Notes: a model not told the origin generated them from the sequence alone. A stretch of 64,000 nucleotides of DNA from Candidatus Heimdallarchaeota archaeon (GCA_019056785.1 DXJV01000085.1:1-64000), one strand, 5' to 3'. Counted from the stretch's first letter, positions 1 to 10,813 are shown. Program-made: numbers and translations.

Positions 1-907
1 AAAGGGAAATAAAATAATTTTCGGGCCCGACAATGGTAGATTCAAAGGGAATTGGTTCTTCCTTCAGCAAGTTTTGTAATTTATAACAAGTGCCGCCATC
101 ACATTCTCCAAGGGCAAGAAAAGAGTTGTAAATTTCAAAAGGTTCCCAGCGTAAGAAAACCCGATATTGTGCAATTGCTCGCTGTTTTATGAAGGCAAGT
201 TTTCGACTTATTTTTTGCGGGAAACCAATGGCTTTTTTATTCAGCTTAAGCGCATCCATCAAGTCAATATTTTTACGTCTGGCATTCATTGTTAATTCTG
301 CTAACAATGCAATGTCCAATTCATCGATTCTCTCTAAAATTGAGGGCGAGTTCTCTTCAAGGATTTTTTTACTAGTGGTTTTTAGAAACTTTGCAAACCA
401 GTCTTCCCAATCAAATTTCCAATGCATCAATTTTTGTTCCCAATTCGCTAAATTAGCCCTAGTGTAAATGGTCGACGTATTCGGTAGTGTTTGAGGTAGA
501 AAATAGTTTTGTATTTGACCTTCGGCTTTAAGACTCTCGAAAAGTTCTAGCAAGAGTGTTCGTGTTTGGTTTGGGATCCGGAATTGTAAATACAAACCAT
601 TAAACTTCCCCAAGCAGCGTATTCGAAAGAGTGTGAAAGGGTGATTGTAACAGATCCTTTGCTCAACAAATTCTATATCTTTCAGTCTATTAATCTCAAG
701 TAAAACATCGACTATTTCGAGCTCTAATGCTGAAGGTTTTAAGTCCGCAATAACACTATAATAATCTTTGTTTTTTCGAAGCATCTTAAGTCGAGAAATA
801 ACTGTTGGCGTTGAAAGTTTGACTGCTTTCGCTATTTCTGAAGCAGGTGCTAATGGATTCTCTTGTAGAGCTATAAGTATTCGTAAGTCCTTTTCATTTA
901 TCACCAT
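1..907 (-). CDS. Lrp/AsnC-family winged-helix transcriptional regulator, tandem-HTH type (3' end runs off the window)
   Basis: Manual translation from ATG 907: MVINEKDLRILIALQENPLAPASEIAKAVKLSTPTVISRLKMLR (AsnC-type HTH). A second HTH-like unit follows (IDELDIALLAELTMNARRKNIDL). The frame is open to the window edge, so it is absent from the ORF track. Confidence 0.75.
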   Translation of the reverse strand, partial: MVINEKDLRILIALQENPLAPASEIAKAVKLSTPTVISRLKMLRKNKDYYSVIADLKPSALELEIVDVLLEINRLKDIEFVEQRICYNHPFTLFRIRCLGKFNGLYLQFRIPNQTRTLLLELFESLKAEGQIQNYFLPQTLPNTSTIYTRANLANWEQKLMHWKFDWEDWFAKFLKTTSKKILEENSPSILERIDELDIALLAELTMNARRKNIDLMDALKLNKKAIGFPQKISRKLAFIKQRAIAQYRVFLRWEPFEIYNSFLALGECDGGTCYKLQNLLKEEPIPFESTIVGPENYFISL

Positions 908-991
908 AGCTAATGTACTGTCCTTGAGCTGTTTTTTTTGCCTTCCAACTTTTCTTCTTTGTGAGGGAATTACCTTTCAGTTTTCAATTAA

Positions 992-1504
992 CTATAAACC
1001 AATAGTCGGTGTGCCCCCTCCTTCGCCATGACCGGTGGGGGGGTCGAAAGTAGTGCTACAGAAGCAATCATAAAGGATGTTTTTAACTTGTACGGTTGAA
1101 TAGAAATTAATGGTATACCAGCCGCTTTCAGAAATGGTATTATACACATCGAATTGCACGATCACCTTTGGCTTACTATAAATAAGCATAAATCCTTTAT
1201 AACTATAAGTCGTTCCTGAAGGGAGGATGATCTCAAACTCACAATTAACTTTGCTTAGTCGGCCAACAAAAACGTCTTGACAGAAATAGCATAAGACATA
1301 GAAGCGTGTGTCATCTGCATAACCATCATTATCAGCATCGAGGTAATAAGCATCGATAAATTCCATAGAATAAACCGAACATTCAGTCAAAGTGCAAAGT
1401 TGTCCTTGAGTTTTCGTAGGTAAATGTTGAAAGGTCAAGAAAAAGGTTCCAGCGAATAAGCTAAAAAGAAAAATTACTACAGTTATTTTCCTGTGGCTCT
1501 TCAT
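992..1504 (-). CDS. Hypothetical secreted/membrane-anchored protein
   Basis: 170 aa, N-terminal hydrophobic signal, DADNDGYADD Ca-binding-like motif, beta-rich body. Confidence 0.6.
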   Translation of the reverse strand: MKSHRKITVVIFLFSLFAGTFFLTFQHLPTKTQGQLCTLTECSVYSMEFIDAYYLDADNDGYADDTRFYVLCYFCQDVFVGRLSKVNCEFEIILPSGTTYSYKGFMLIYSKPKVIVQFDVYNTISESGWYTINFYSTVQVKNILYDCFCSTTFDPPTGHGEGGGTPTIGL

Positions 1505-2017
1505 TTATTCTATCCTCATATTAAATAACTCTCTTAATATAGACTAATTAAAGTTCTTTAAATATCTATCTTGAAAAATACCTCGAAAAAACTTGCTTAA
1601 ATAATTTTTCACTAAAAAAACCATTCTAGAAAGTAATAATTGCTAGGACAAAAATTCACTCTTTCTTTTTCTTAACCTAATGGCAAAAAGTTACTTTTGT
1701 AGGAATTCTTTCAATTACTGCCTTAGAAGCACATTCAATAACCCCCTACTTTTCAAAATAATTGTTTATATGAATACCAGTTTGCTTGACTCGAGTGAAG
1801 TAGTAATCCCCTTTTTTCCTAAAAGGTCTTGCTAAAATTAATCCTAAAGCCACACTCATATTTCTAAGCGACTTTTTTTACTTTTCAAAAGGAACTTTTC
1901 AAACCTTCTTTGCCCAGAAATTAGACTCTCGGTGGATTTTTTAAAAAAATTTATTAATATGCTTAAGAATATCCAATTAATCTGAACTTTTCTTCTGGAA
2001 AAGAAGAAGAGGAAGAG

Positions 2018-3142
2018 ATGATAAACATGAAGAGAAAAGTCTCATATGGACTAATTCTGATTGCTGTTTTTATAATGGCTTCAACACCATTCATGTTGAA
2101 AACTTCTACAAGCGTAACAGCAATCACGCGTGCCCCCCCTTGGAAACGAGTGCCTTCTGTGACAATTACTGATCCTTCGGATGGTGAAACTGTTTCTGGA
2201 GTGATTGATATCAAGGTCAGGGTATCAGATAAAAACGCCATACCTGATATCTATATTGATGGCATATTTGTTGCCCATGCGACAACTTATACTTGGGATA
2301 CAACGAGTGTCGAAGATGGTTCACACACTATTTATGCTGAGGCAACTAATGCTGCCGGCACCGGTTCAGATACAAATGTCGTGACCGTTGATAATGGTGG
2401 CGGCGGAGGCGGCGGCGGTGGAGGTGGCGGCGATGAAGTAGTCCATCGATACGCAGTTATTGTAGGAATTTCAGATTACAAAGCTATTAACGACCTTTCA
2501 TTTTGCGACGAGGATGCAACAGACTGGTATAACCATCTTCATGCCAATGGCTACACTTGTGAAGTCTATGGCGATGGTCATACTGCCAACTACCCGAAAT
2601 ATGATGGTTACGCAACAGAATACAACGTTAAACAGGCAATTGCATACTACTTGAGTATTGCTGACGCTGATGATATTTTCGTCTATGCTTCGAGTGGTCA
2701 TGGAACTTATGACCGCAAGGGAAGATCTGTCAGTGAAACCCTCTGTATGTGGGATTATGCTGAAGGCGAGAATGGTGAAGACGGCTCACTGCATGATGTC
2801 GAACTTTCTGCACTCTTTGAAAATGCGGTTTGCAAATGGTTCATCTTCTTGGATCATTGCTACTCCGGTGGCATGAATGAAGTAATGGATAATGCAAACG
2901 CAGCAAACGGTTACTTAACAACCACTTGCACAGAAAAAGGCTATGGCTATGATATGACTGAATATGAAAATGGTGCTTGGACTTACTTCTTCCTTGAATA
3001 TTCCTGGATAGGGCACTATGACGGAAGCATGGCTGTCTCTATGGAAAACATTTTTGCTTATGCATTGGCAAATTACCCATATGGTGGCAATGATACCCCT
3101 CAGGAATTTGATGGCGATACTTCGAATCCATTCTACCTCTAA
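2018..3142 (+). CDS. Secreted caspase-like (clan CD, C14-like) cysteine peptidase with an N-terminal Ig-like domain
   Basis: Signal peptide; Ig-like segment PSVTITDPSDGETVSG...DGSHTIYAEATN; poly-Gly linker; RYAVIVGISDY, SSGHG (His) and FLDHCYSGG (Cys) dyad motifs. Confidence 0.8.
   Translation: MINMKRKVSYGLILIAVFIMASTPFMLKTSTSVTAITRAPPWKRVPSVTITDPSDGETVSGVIDIKVRVSDKNAIPDIYIDGIFVAHATTYTWDTTSVEDGSHTIYAEATNAAGTGSDTNVVTVDNGGGGGGGGGGGGDEVVHRYAVIVGISDYKAINDLSFCDEDATDWYNHLHANGYTCEVYGDGHTANYPKYDGYATEYNVKQAIAYYLSIADADDIFVYASSGHGTYDRKGRSVSETLCMWDYAEGENGEDGSLHDVELSALFENAVCKWFIFLDHCYSGGMNEVMDNANAANGYLTTTCTEKGYGYDMTEYENGAWTYFFLEYSWIGHYDGSMAVSMENIFAYALANYPYGGNDTPQEFDGDTSNPFYL
2396..2431 (+). repeat. (GGN)12 poly-glycine-coding low-complexity tract
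   Basis: ggtggcggcggaggcggcggcggtggaggtggcggc, in frame between the Ig-like and peptidase domains. Confidence 0.9.
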
Positions 3143-3281
3143 AAATTCTCTTTTCTTCTTTTTTTTCTATTTTCTTCAAATTTTATTAATGTAACTATTA
3201 CAAGCTTGTTTTCAAAAGGTTAGTAATTTAACTATTGGAATACAAATACTTTAAGAATTATAAAAAACTAGTCACTATATT

Positions 3282-4379
3282 ATGAGTCCTTCAAAGGTTT
3301 TTATTGGAATCGAACCAGTGCATTTTGCACAAGAAGGTTTAGGTGTAGAACCAGCTGTATGGGAAGATGGTCGAAGGGTTCCATTGGACCGCCGACATTT
3401 CGAATGGTGGTATACCGATGCTGAATTAGACGATGGTTCAGTAATTGTGGTTGTATTTGGCATCAAACCTTTCTTTGACACCCATTTTCCTGTTGCTCCT
3501 CTTGTGGCTGTGGAATACCGCCCGCCTGAAGGAAAGAGTATTCAAGCCGTCTATCAGACAAGAAATTATCGGAAAAAAGCGCATTTTGCTAGTGACAAAT
3601 GTGATATCCGTATTGGCGAGAGCAGCATGACCGGTGACTTGAAACATTATTCTATTACGGTAAAAACAAAGAAGATTTCATTACAACTTGAACTCGAGAA
3701 TCTCTTGAAACCATGGCGATTTGGCAATGGTTATATGTATTTCAAAGAGAAGGATGCCCTGAAAAAATTCGCTTGGTTTCCGGCAGTCCCCTTAGCAAAA
3801 GTTACAGGAACCATAACCGTTAAAGGAACAAAGCATGAAATCACGGGGAAAGGTTATCATGACCACAATTGGGGAAATGCTGACCCGAGCAACCTTTTTC
3901 ACCATTGGTACTGGTGCCGCGGACACATAGGCAAGTATAGCGTCATTGCCGGTGAACTTGTGACCCATAAGCGATTTGGTTATAGCCGGCATCCCTATAT
4001 TTTAATGATGACAAAAGAGGAAATTATTACAAGAGAGACCGCAAAAATAACCGTGGAGCGTTCCTTGCCTGTTCGTCACCCCCGTACGCGGAAATTAGTT
4101 AACAATCAATTAAAATTCGGCTATTCGGATGAGCAGCGCACATTTGATTTATTAATAGAGCGCCAAAAGGACTTGGTCGTAAGAAATCTCATGCTCTTTA
4201 ATAGCCCTCACCTTTTCTTTCACCAAATAGGAAAGAACCCTTGGTATCATCGTTTCTACGGGAAAATGACCTTGAACCTTGAGGAATTAGGACATGCCAA
4301 ACCGCAAAAGGAACAACTCGAATCGAGTGTTATATACGAATTGATGTACTTTGGGAGGAACTATCAAATAGCTCCGTAG
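3282..4379 (+). CDS. CrtC/AttH-like (carotenoid 1,2-hydratase / lipocalin-like) family protein
   Basis: FEWWYTDAELDDG and GKGYHDHNWG motifs, then WYW. Confidence 0.7.
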   Translation: MSPSKVFIGIEPVHFAQEGLGVEPAVWEDGRRVPLDRRHFEWWYTDAELDDGSVIVVVFGIKPFFDTHFPVAPLVAVEYRPPEGKSIQAVYQTRNYRKKAHFASDKCDIRIGESSMTGDLKHYSITVKTKKISLQLELENLLKPWRFGNGYMYFKEKDALKKFAWFPAVPLAKVTGTITVKGTKHEITGKGYHDHNWGNADPSNLFHHWYWCRGHIGKYSVIAGELVTHKRFGYSRHPYILMMTKEEIITRETAKITVERSLPVRHPRTRKLVNNQLKFGYSDEQRTFDLLIERQKDLVVRNLMLFNSPHLFFHQIGKNPWYHRFYGKMTLNLEELGHAKPQKEQLESSVIYELMYFGRNYQIAP

Positions 4380-4615
4380 GTTCTTCAAAAAACGAAAAGA
4401 ACATGTGACTTGAAAAACCTCTACTTGTATTTCACTCGAGTAAATCTGTTCCCCCTAACTTTTTTTTCAAGAAAAAGTGCTCTTATTCAATTATAGTCGT
4501 AATTTATCTTTTTTCCCTTACAAAATAACAAGTCTTGAGTGGGGCGATTAGCATATCTTTTTAATAAAAGAAGGTCTTCGTTTTCTTGTACACCTTTTAA
4601 GGAGTTATTTCGAAG

Positions 4616-5677
4616 TTGAAAAAAATAGTTATTGTTTTTTTGGCGCTAATGTTTGGCGTAACTGTTGTTAATGGTGTTTCTGGTAAACAGCCTTTAATTA
4701 TCACTGAGAATCTCCTCTCAGCAAAAGCTGCCTTTCCTAGTGCCATTATTGCAGACCATCGGGTTGTTAATTATGTGCGTTTTGATATGATCCCCGAAGA
4801 GAATATCACTAATGCGAAGAATAGTTTACACATTGCCTATGGCCATACCTCCCATGGAAGTCAAATTGTCACTGGTATGACTGGTTTGATTGCCTTTAAA
4901 GAGAGTCAGAATGGTACTGCCGGTCTTTATGACTTCAATAATGGCGGGGCGGATGGCGCGTTAGACTTTCATGACTACTTTGTTTCAGGTGACCTTGGCA
5001 ATCCTGATAGGATAACCTGGAGCAACCGGACTCGAACCTATCTTGATGACCCTGCTAATGCAGATGTTAACGTAGTAATGTGGTCTTGGTGTGGTCAAGT
5101 GTCTTCTGCATCTGAAGAGGACATTGAACTGTACCTTTCATTAATGAGTTCTTTAGAAAATGATTACCCCAACGTTACCTTTGTCTACATGACTGGTCAT
5201 ACCGATGGCACAGGCCTTGAAGGAAACCTGCATATTCGGAATGAGCAGATTAGAAATTATTGCAAAGCAAATAATAAGGTATTATTTGACTTTGCTGACA
5301 TCGAGTCCTACGATCCAGATGGCAATTATTATGGTGATAAGCATTGCAATGATAATTGCGATTACGATTCAAACAACGATTCCACGCTTGACGCGAACTG
5401 GGCCATTGAATGGCAGAACGCTCATCCAGGTGAATGGTATGATTGTACCTCCGCTCATAGCCAGCCGTTAAATGCTAATATGAAAGCTTACGCTGCATGG
5501 TGGCTTTGGGCAACATTAGCAGGTTGGAACACAACAACAATCCCGCCCACAAGTAATCCTACACCGCCAACTAATATTACTCCAACATTTCCAGTACCAA
5601 CAATACTGATAGTGATGGGAACAGTAGGAAGTTTAGCAACAATTGTTCTAATCAGAAATGACAGAAAAAGAAGGTAG
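4616..5677 (+). CDS. Secreted, C-terminally anchored SGNH-like putative hydrolase
   Basis: Signal peptide; YGHTSHGSQI, VVMWSWCGQ, FDFADIES and AHSQPLN motifs; Pro/Thr linker, TM helix and basic tail. Confidence 0.55.
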   Translation: MKKIVIVFLALMFGVTVVNGVSGKQPLIITENLLSAKAAFPSAIIADHRVVNYVRFDMIPEENITNAKNSLHIAYGHTSHGSQIVTGMTGLIAFKESQNGTAGLYDFNNGGADGALDFHDYFVSGDLGNPDRITWSNRTRTYLDDPANADVNVVMWSWCGQVSSASEEDIELYLSLMSSLENDYPNVTFVYMTGHTDGTGLEGNLHIRNEQIRNYCKANNKVLFDFADIESYDPDGNYYGDKHCNDNCDYDSNNDSTLDANWAIEWQNAHPGEWYDCTSAHSQPLNANMKAYAAWWLWATLAGWNTTTIPPTSNPTPPTNITPTFPVPTILIVMGTVGSLATIVLIRNDRKRR

Positions 5678-5811
5678 CTCCTTCACTTTCCTTTTTTTTG
5701 AAATTTTTTCTTAATGACTCAAAGAGTAATAAAAAAAGATTTTTATCAAAAAGAAGAAAAGTTTTTGAAAAAAAGTAAATGAAAGAGGAAATTATCCTCT
5801 TTATCAGTTTC

Positions 5812-8475
5812 TTATGATTTTTTTGATTTGCTTTTCTTAATTATCACTGTAATGATAATAATTAGCAGAATAAGGCCAAGGACACCACCTATGATGTACC
5901 AGAGGTATTGGGGTAATAGTTGAGTCTTAGTTACACTGATCACGTAAGTTAAAGTGCCACCTTCATATTTCGTTCCAATGAATCCTTGATAGATGGCTTC
6001 GAAGGTAAGTGTATAGTTTCCAACAGTGTCAAATTGTATACTCCAGGTCAAGCCACTTGTATCATCTTTCGGAAGAGTGAATGATTGGACTAAAGGATCA
6101 GTTGTTGTTCCAAATCCTGTTGGTAAAATCAATTCTATCTGGCCAGCTCGCGCAGCTGTCAAACCATGATTCTGCATTTCAATGGTATAGTTGTAAGCAT
6201 TTCCTTTTAGAATCGTTGTCGGGAAGGAGGGGGTAAAGGTCAATTTAGGTCGTAGCATAAATGCAATTTCATTCTTCCAGAGCTCAAAGCTATCCATAAC
6301 TGTGGAGTCATCTGTGTCTGCGGAAAATTCATCGAGTAAATAGCCGTTAAATAATGTTTGCTCGTCATTTCGCAGAACAATGACCGCTTCATCTGTTTGT
6401 TCTGTAGCTGTAATACCCGCTAGAGCAGTAGCATTAGTAAAAATTGTTAGTTTATCACCGTCGTCAAAATAAATGGTGCCATACGTGAAATTATCGGCTT
6501 TATAATCAACTGGTTGAGAGAAGATATCATGTCCGGCATCCCAAATGTATAAGGAAGGTTGATCACTAAAGGTAGCGTTAAATCTGAAGCCAAGTTTAGC
6601 CCAAAGAGGGTTAGCAGGATAATTGTCCACATTGAAATAGCTCATGATAAGGTGTCCGCCAGAATCAATGTAATCACTAATTTCAGCAAAATAATTGTTT
6701 AAGCCAAAGCTACTGGGATTATCAATTATTACCAAATCCCATGAATAAAGGTTAAGGGAGAGGTTTAAATAGGCAAAATTTACTGCATCATAGGGGGCAG
6801 CAAGGTAGTATTTGACGCCTAAATCATTCAACGCTAAAGCAAGAGGTGTTCGATAGAAGTTGGGAGAAGAAAGCCAATCAGTATACATAAGTACTTTAGC
6901 GGTGCTGGCAGTTAGCCAATTTGCTACGTTGAGCAAGAATTGTTTGTTGTCAGTTAAATCAATAATGCCGCTAACACTTTGCAGCCAATTAATATCTGAA
7001 ACAAAGATAACCCTTCCTTTGCCATATTCACTACCTGCAACATGAATATTCGCCCCGTCCTTCCAAATCGGAAACGCTTCGCCGGAAACATTGAGATAAG
7101 CATAATACGACAAAGTAATGCTAGAACAACCATCAATAGTGGGATGTTTTTCAAATTCAGTAATCCCATTTGAACCAATAACGCCAGGTAAAGATATATT
7201 TACTGCTAAACCAAAGGGGCTTAAGAGAAGATTCGCTTGTTGTGCGGGCTTTGCGAATGATAGATATGGTCTATCAGTCATTGCTAGCAATGAGCCACCA
7301 TTGGCAATCCATGCCTCAATTGCAATACGATCACCTTCAGTATAATTGTAATCATTGGCTGTGAGAATTAACATGTCATATTTTTGTAATCTTTCAAGAG
7401 TGAAATTGTCGCCAGAAGAAACAGGGAACAGTTTATCAACTGTATATTGATGAGCAACTAATAAATCACGCATGCCATAATAATATCCTGGGTAGGAACT
7501 GAATTCATCCCAATCATCAATGCCTAAGCGAGGTAAATGCGATAAATCAAAGGCAATCCGTGCTTTCGGTCGAGGTGCCAGCCAATTAATCGAATTGCGA
7601 ATCAGTTGGTTGAGTTTGGGAATACTCTCGTGATCCACGTCAAAACCAATTGAAACAACCTTACCACCCCGGTCTGTGGGATCGAAAGCTAAAATAGTAA
7701 TCTCATTCTCATCGGTAGGACTGTGAGCAACAGGCACTAAATCGCCACCAATGGTAAAGGCAGACAAAGCAGTCCAATTCCAAGAAGCATAACCATAAGC
7801 ACCATCCGCCGGAATAACAGTCCCTAAAGAATAAGCTTTAGCAATGGGGTGACGTACAGTGAAATTATAGCCAAAAGAAAAATACCTCCAGATATTGAAA
7901 TAACCATCATCACCAGCCGATTCAGGAGGAAGAATGCCAGAATAAGCAAGAAAAGCAGCAGAAGAATCAAAGCTAAGCAAGCCACCACCAGCAAGCCAGA
8001 AGTCAAGCACATTATTAACAATGAACTCGCGGGGGTTGTTGTCAAGCATAATAAAGACATCAAAGTTAGCAGTAGTCAAAATATGCCCGGAAATCTCCGA
8101 AGCAGTGAGAAGCGAAATGTCAAAGCGGGGGTTAACAGAGAGTATGTCTAAAAGAGCAGTAATATTGTTAGTGTTATAACCAAAACTACCATCATAGGAG
8201 GGAGAAGTTAGGTTGGGCTCATTGTAAACCGCAACACGAATAAGAGGCTCGTCAGGAAAGGGAAAAGCACTCTCAGAAACAAAGCCACCCGTAATAGGAG
8301 AAGGGCCAGTACTCGAAGTGAAACTGCTGTCAGTAATTTCAACAGAAAACCGGGAGGAACTAGCCGTCCTGATCACAGAACTCTTTAAAGGAGTTATAAA
8401 TAAGAAAAGAGCTAAAAGAAAGAAAATGCCAAGCATCCTTCTTTGCTCTCGAAAAGAAATTTTATTGTTAAACAT
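5812..8475 (-). CDS. Large cell-surface protein with repeated class I GATase-like/DUF4350-like domains and a C-terminal Ig-like domain plus TM anchor
   Basis: 887 aa; signal peptide; three xxGGxLL flavodoxin-like repeats (LAGGGLL, ANGGSLL, DSGGHLI); GKGRVIFVSD; C-terminal TM and KKSKSKKS. Confidence 0.6.
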   Translation of the reverse strand: MFNNKISFREQRRMLGIFFLLALFLFITPLKSSVIRTASSSRFSVEITDSSFTSSTGPSPITGGFVSESAFPFPDEPLIRVAVYNEPNLTSPSYDGSFGYNTNNITALLDILSVNPRFDISLLTASEISGHILTTANFDVFIMLDNNPREFIVNNVLDFWLAGGGLLSFDSSAAFLAYSGILPPESAGDDGYFNIWRYFSFGYNFTVRHPIAKAYSLGTVIPADGAYGYASWNWTALSAFTIGGDLVPVAHSPTDENEITILAFDPTDRGGKVVSIGFDVDHESIPKLNQLIRNSINWLAPRPKARIAFDLSHLPRLGIDDWDEFSSYPGYYYGMRDLLVAHQYTVDKLFPVSSGDNFTLERLQKYDMLILTANDYNYTEGDRIAIEAWIANGGSLLAMTDRPYLSFAKPAQQANLLLSPFGLAVNISLPGVIGSNGITEFEKHPTIDGCSSITLSYYAYLNVSGEAFPIWKDGANIHVAGSEYGKGRVIFVSDINWLQSVSGIIDLTDNKQFLLNVANWLTASTAKVLMYTDWLSSPNFYRTPLALALNDLGVKYYLAAPYDAVNFAYLNLSLNLYSWDLVIIDNPSSFGLNNYFAEISDYIDSGGHLIMSYFNVDNYPANPLWAKLGFRFNATFSDQPSLYIWDAGHDIFSQPVDYKADNFTYGTIYFDDGDKLTIFTNATALAGITATEQTDEAVIVLRNDEQTLFNGYLLDEFSADTDDSTVMDSFELWKNEIAFMLRPKLTFTPSFPTTILKGNAYNYTIEMQNHGLTAARAGQIELILPTGFGTTTDPLVQSFTLPKDDTSGLTWSIQFDTVGNYTLTFEAIYQGFIGTKYEGGTLTYVISVTKTQLLPQYLWYIIGGVLGLILLIIIITVIIKKSKSKKS

Positions 8476-8721
8476 TTTACTATCCTCAAATGTATAAGTT
8501 ATTAATTCATCGACGTAAAAAGTTAGTAATAAGAAACTCTCTACATCTGTATAATGTATATTTACCTCCTCAATTATATTAATGATTCTCTATAGAAATA
8601 AATCAGAAAGAGAATTGGATTTCTAGGAAACGAAATCAATAAACCATCCAATATAGGAGCGAAAGTCAAATAAAAGGTAAAGAGAAATAAAAGCAAAAGA
8701 AAAAACAAGAAGGGAAAATAT

Positions 8722-9195
8722 GTGGGAAAGGAAAACGAGAAACTAAAATTAACAATTGAATTGGTTCCAAGCACTGCCTGGACTGAAAACTTGAGAAAAT
8801 ATCTGCCAAAAAAAGATTGGGACAAGATAAGAAAAGAAACTTATGCGAAAGCCGGATATCGGTGTGAAATATGTGGGGCAGAAGGAAGAATGAATTGTCA
8901 TGAAATTTGGGAGTACGATGATAAAAACCACATTCAGAAATTACTGGGATTTATAGCTTTATGTACCATGTGCCACTATGTGAAACATATAGGATTCGCA
9001 GGAATTCTGGCTAGTGAAGGAAAATTGGATTACGAAAAAGTTGTAAAGCACTTTATGGCTGTAAACAATTGTGATAGAAGAACCTTTGAAGAACATCGGA
9101 AAAGAGCTTTTCTAATGTGGGAGGAGCGTTCAAAATATGATTGGCAAATAGATTTAGGGGATTTTAATCACATTATCCAACAAAAAAAAGGATGA
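8722..9195 (+). CDS. HNH endonuclease family protein
   Basis: RCEICG...CHEIWEYDD...LCTMCHYVKH zinc-finger HNH signature. Confidence 0.8.
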   Translation: MGKENEKLKLTIELVPSTAWTENLRKYLPKKDWDKIRKETYAKAGYRCEICGAEGRMNCHEIWEYDDKNHIQKLLGFIALCTMCHYVKHIGFAGILASEGKLDYEKVVKHFMAVNNCDRRTFEEHRKRAFLMWEERSKYDWQIDLGDFNHIIQQKKG

Positions 9196-9218
9196 CTAAA
9201 AATAAGGAGTTATAAAAG

Positions 9219-9653
9219 ATGGATGAACTTCCCTTTGCACATCCTGATGCCAAACCTTCAGAGGTAAGAGATGTATATTGGCTTTACGCTAAAAGAAAGA
9301 AGGGTAATTATCCGGCTTATACTCCAAGGGGAGGAAAATGGCTCATATTTGTACATGTAAAAGAAATAGATGAAGTCTGGAGAAAAATTAAGAAAGCAAC
9401 AGAAGATGGAAAATTGGGTAATGGCGCAAAAGTTGCGACTGCAAAACCTAACCCCAATGCAAGGAATCCTGATATCAAAGTCATTTGCGTGTATACTTAT
9501 GATTGGACAGATGAAGAAGATGTAAGAAGAATTCGAGAGGAACTTAGAAAGCTTGGAATAACACAAAAGATTCCCTATAAAACAGATGAAGATACCTTAA
9601 AAGGAAAATATAGAATCAAAGGCCATACAAGAATTAGCAAATACTACGAATAA
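9219..9653 (+). CDS. DUF1917 family protein (eIF4E-like fold; BLES03/C11orf68-like)
   Basis: GKWLIFV...IDEVWRKI...GKLG..AKVAT...VICVYTYDWTDEEDVRRI...LGI...YKTD pattern. Confidence 0.75.
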   Translation: MDELPFAHPDAKPSEVRDVYWLYAKRKKGNYPAYTPRGGKWLIFVHVKEIDEVWRKIKKATEDGKLGNGAKVATAKPNPNARNPDIKVICVYTYDWTDEEDVRRIREELRKLGITQKIPYKTDEDTLKGKYRIKGHTRISKYYE

Positions 9654-9856
9654 CTTCTAAGAGTTTTTTAACTATAATGATTTAATGGTAGATGCTTGTA
9701 TATTAATTGATGTAATTACAAATCTATAATTTTCCTTTATTATTCATTTGCTCACTAGTTGTGAAATATTCATTATTGTTTGTGTTTTATTTATATGTTC
9801 ATATAAAAAACAATGGTTTTATATTAGTAGTAAACGAAATAGGAAAGTGAAGTAAT

Positions 9857-10813
9857 GTGGCCAATAAAGAACCCCAACAAATAGATCTATTCCACCGAAG
9901 AGTTCTCAAAGCTAAACCCTTCCTTAAATGGGCCGGTGGTAAAGGGCAATTATTACCAGAAATTGAGAAGAGGTTACCAAAAAAGATAAAGAATACTCGA
10001 AAGGTTGACAATTATGTTGAACCTTTTGTTGGGGGCGGAGCAGTATTCTTTTATTTAAACAATAATTATACCATTAAAAAAGCAACTTTGATTGATAATA
10101 ATAAGGAATTAATTATTGGATACAAAGTCATTCAAAATAACCCACAAGAGTTGATAGAACAATTAAGATCAATTGAAAGACAATATTTGAAAAAATCATC
10201 CACTGAAAGAGAACGTTTCTATTATGAACAAAGAGACAAGTATAATAAACAAATGCGAGATTTCGATTACCAACATTACTCTGAAGAATGGATCAAACGA
10301 GCAGTCTATCTAATTTTTCTCAACAGAACTTGCTACAATGGACTTTTCCGGCAGAATTCAAAAGGAGAATTTAATGTTCCGATGGGGAGGTATAAGAATC
10401 CAACCATTTGTGATGCTAAGAATATCTTAGAAGTGCATGAGTCATTGAAAAAAGCCACAATCATTTGTGGAGATTTCTCAGAAGCAGAACAATATATAAC
10501 TCAGGACTCATTTGTCTATTTCGACCCACCATACCGACCTTTGAGTAATACAGCAAATTTCACAGATTATTCGAATGCAGGCTTCACAGATGAAGAACAA
10601 AAGCGTTTGGCAGCATTCTATAAGAAAATGGATAAACGAGGAGCTTTTCTAATGTTAAGCAATTCAGATCCAAAGAATGAGGACCCCAACGATGACTTTT
10701 TTGACAAATTATACGCTGAATTTAATATTCAACGGGTGAAAGCAAAAAGAGCCATTAGTTGTAAAGGCACCGGAAGAGGGGAGATAACTGAGTTATTAAT
10801 TACAAATTATTAG
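9857..10813 (+). CDS. Dam/DpnM-type N6-adenine DNA methyltransferase (alpha class)
   Basis: KPFLKWAGGK, YVEPFVGGGAV, NRTCYNGLFRQN.KGEFNVP, YFDPPY, ELLITNY. Confidence 0.92.
   Translation: MANKEPQQIDLFHRRVLKAKPFLKWAGGKGQLLPEIEKRLPKKIKNTRKVDNYVEPFVGGGAVFFYLNNNYTIKKATLIDNNKELIIGYKVIQNNPQELIEQLRSIERQYLKKSSTERERFYYEQRDKYNKQMRDFDYQHYSEEWIKRAVYLIFLNRTCYNGLFRQNSKGEFNVPMGRYKNPTICDAKNILEVHESLKKATIICGDFSEAEQYITQDSFVYFDPPYRPLSNTANFTDYSNAGFTDEEQKRLAAFYKKMDKRGAFLMLSNSDPKNEDPNDDFFDKLYAEFNIQRVKAKRAISCKGTGRGEITELLITNY

Noticed and set aside
189-1031. Plus-strand ORFs 189-467 and 768-1031
   Set aside because: They are antisense to the Lrp-like regulator.
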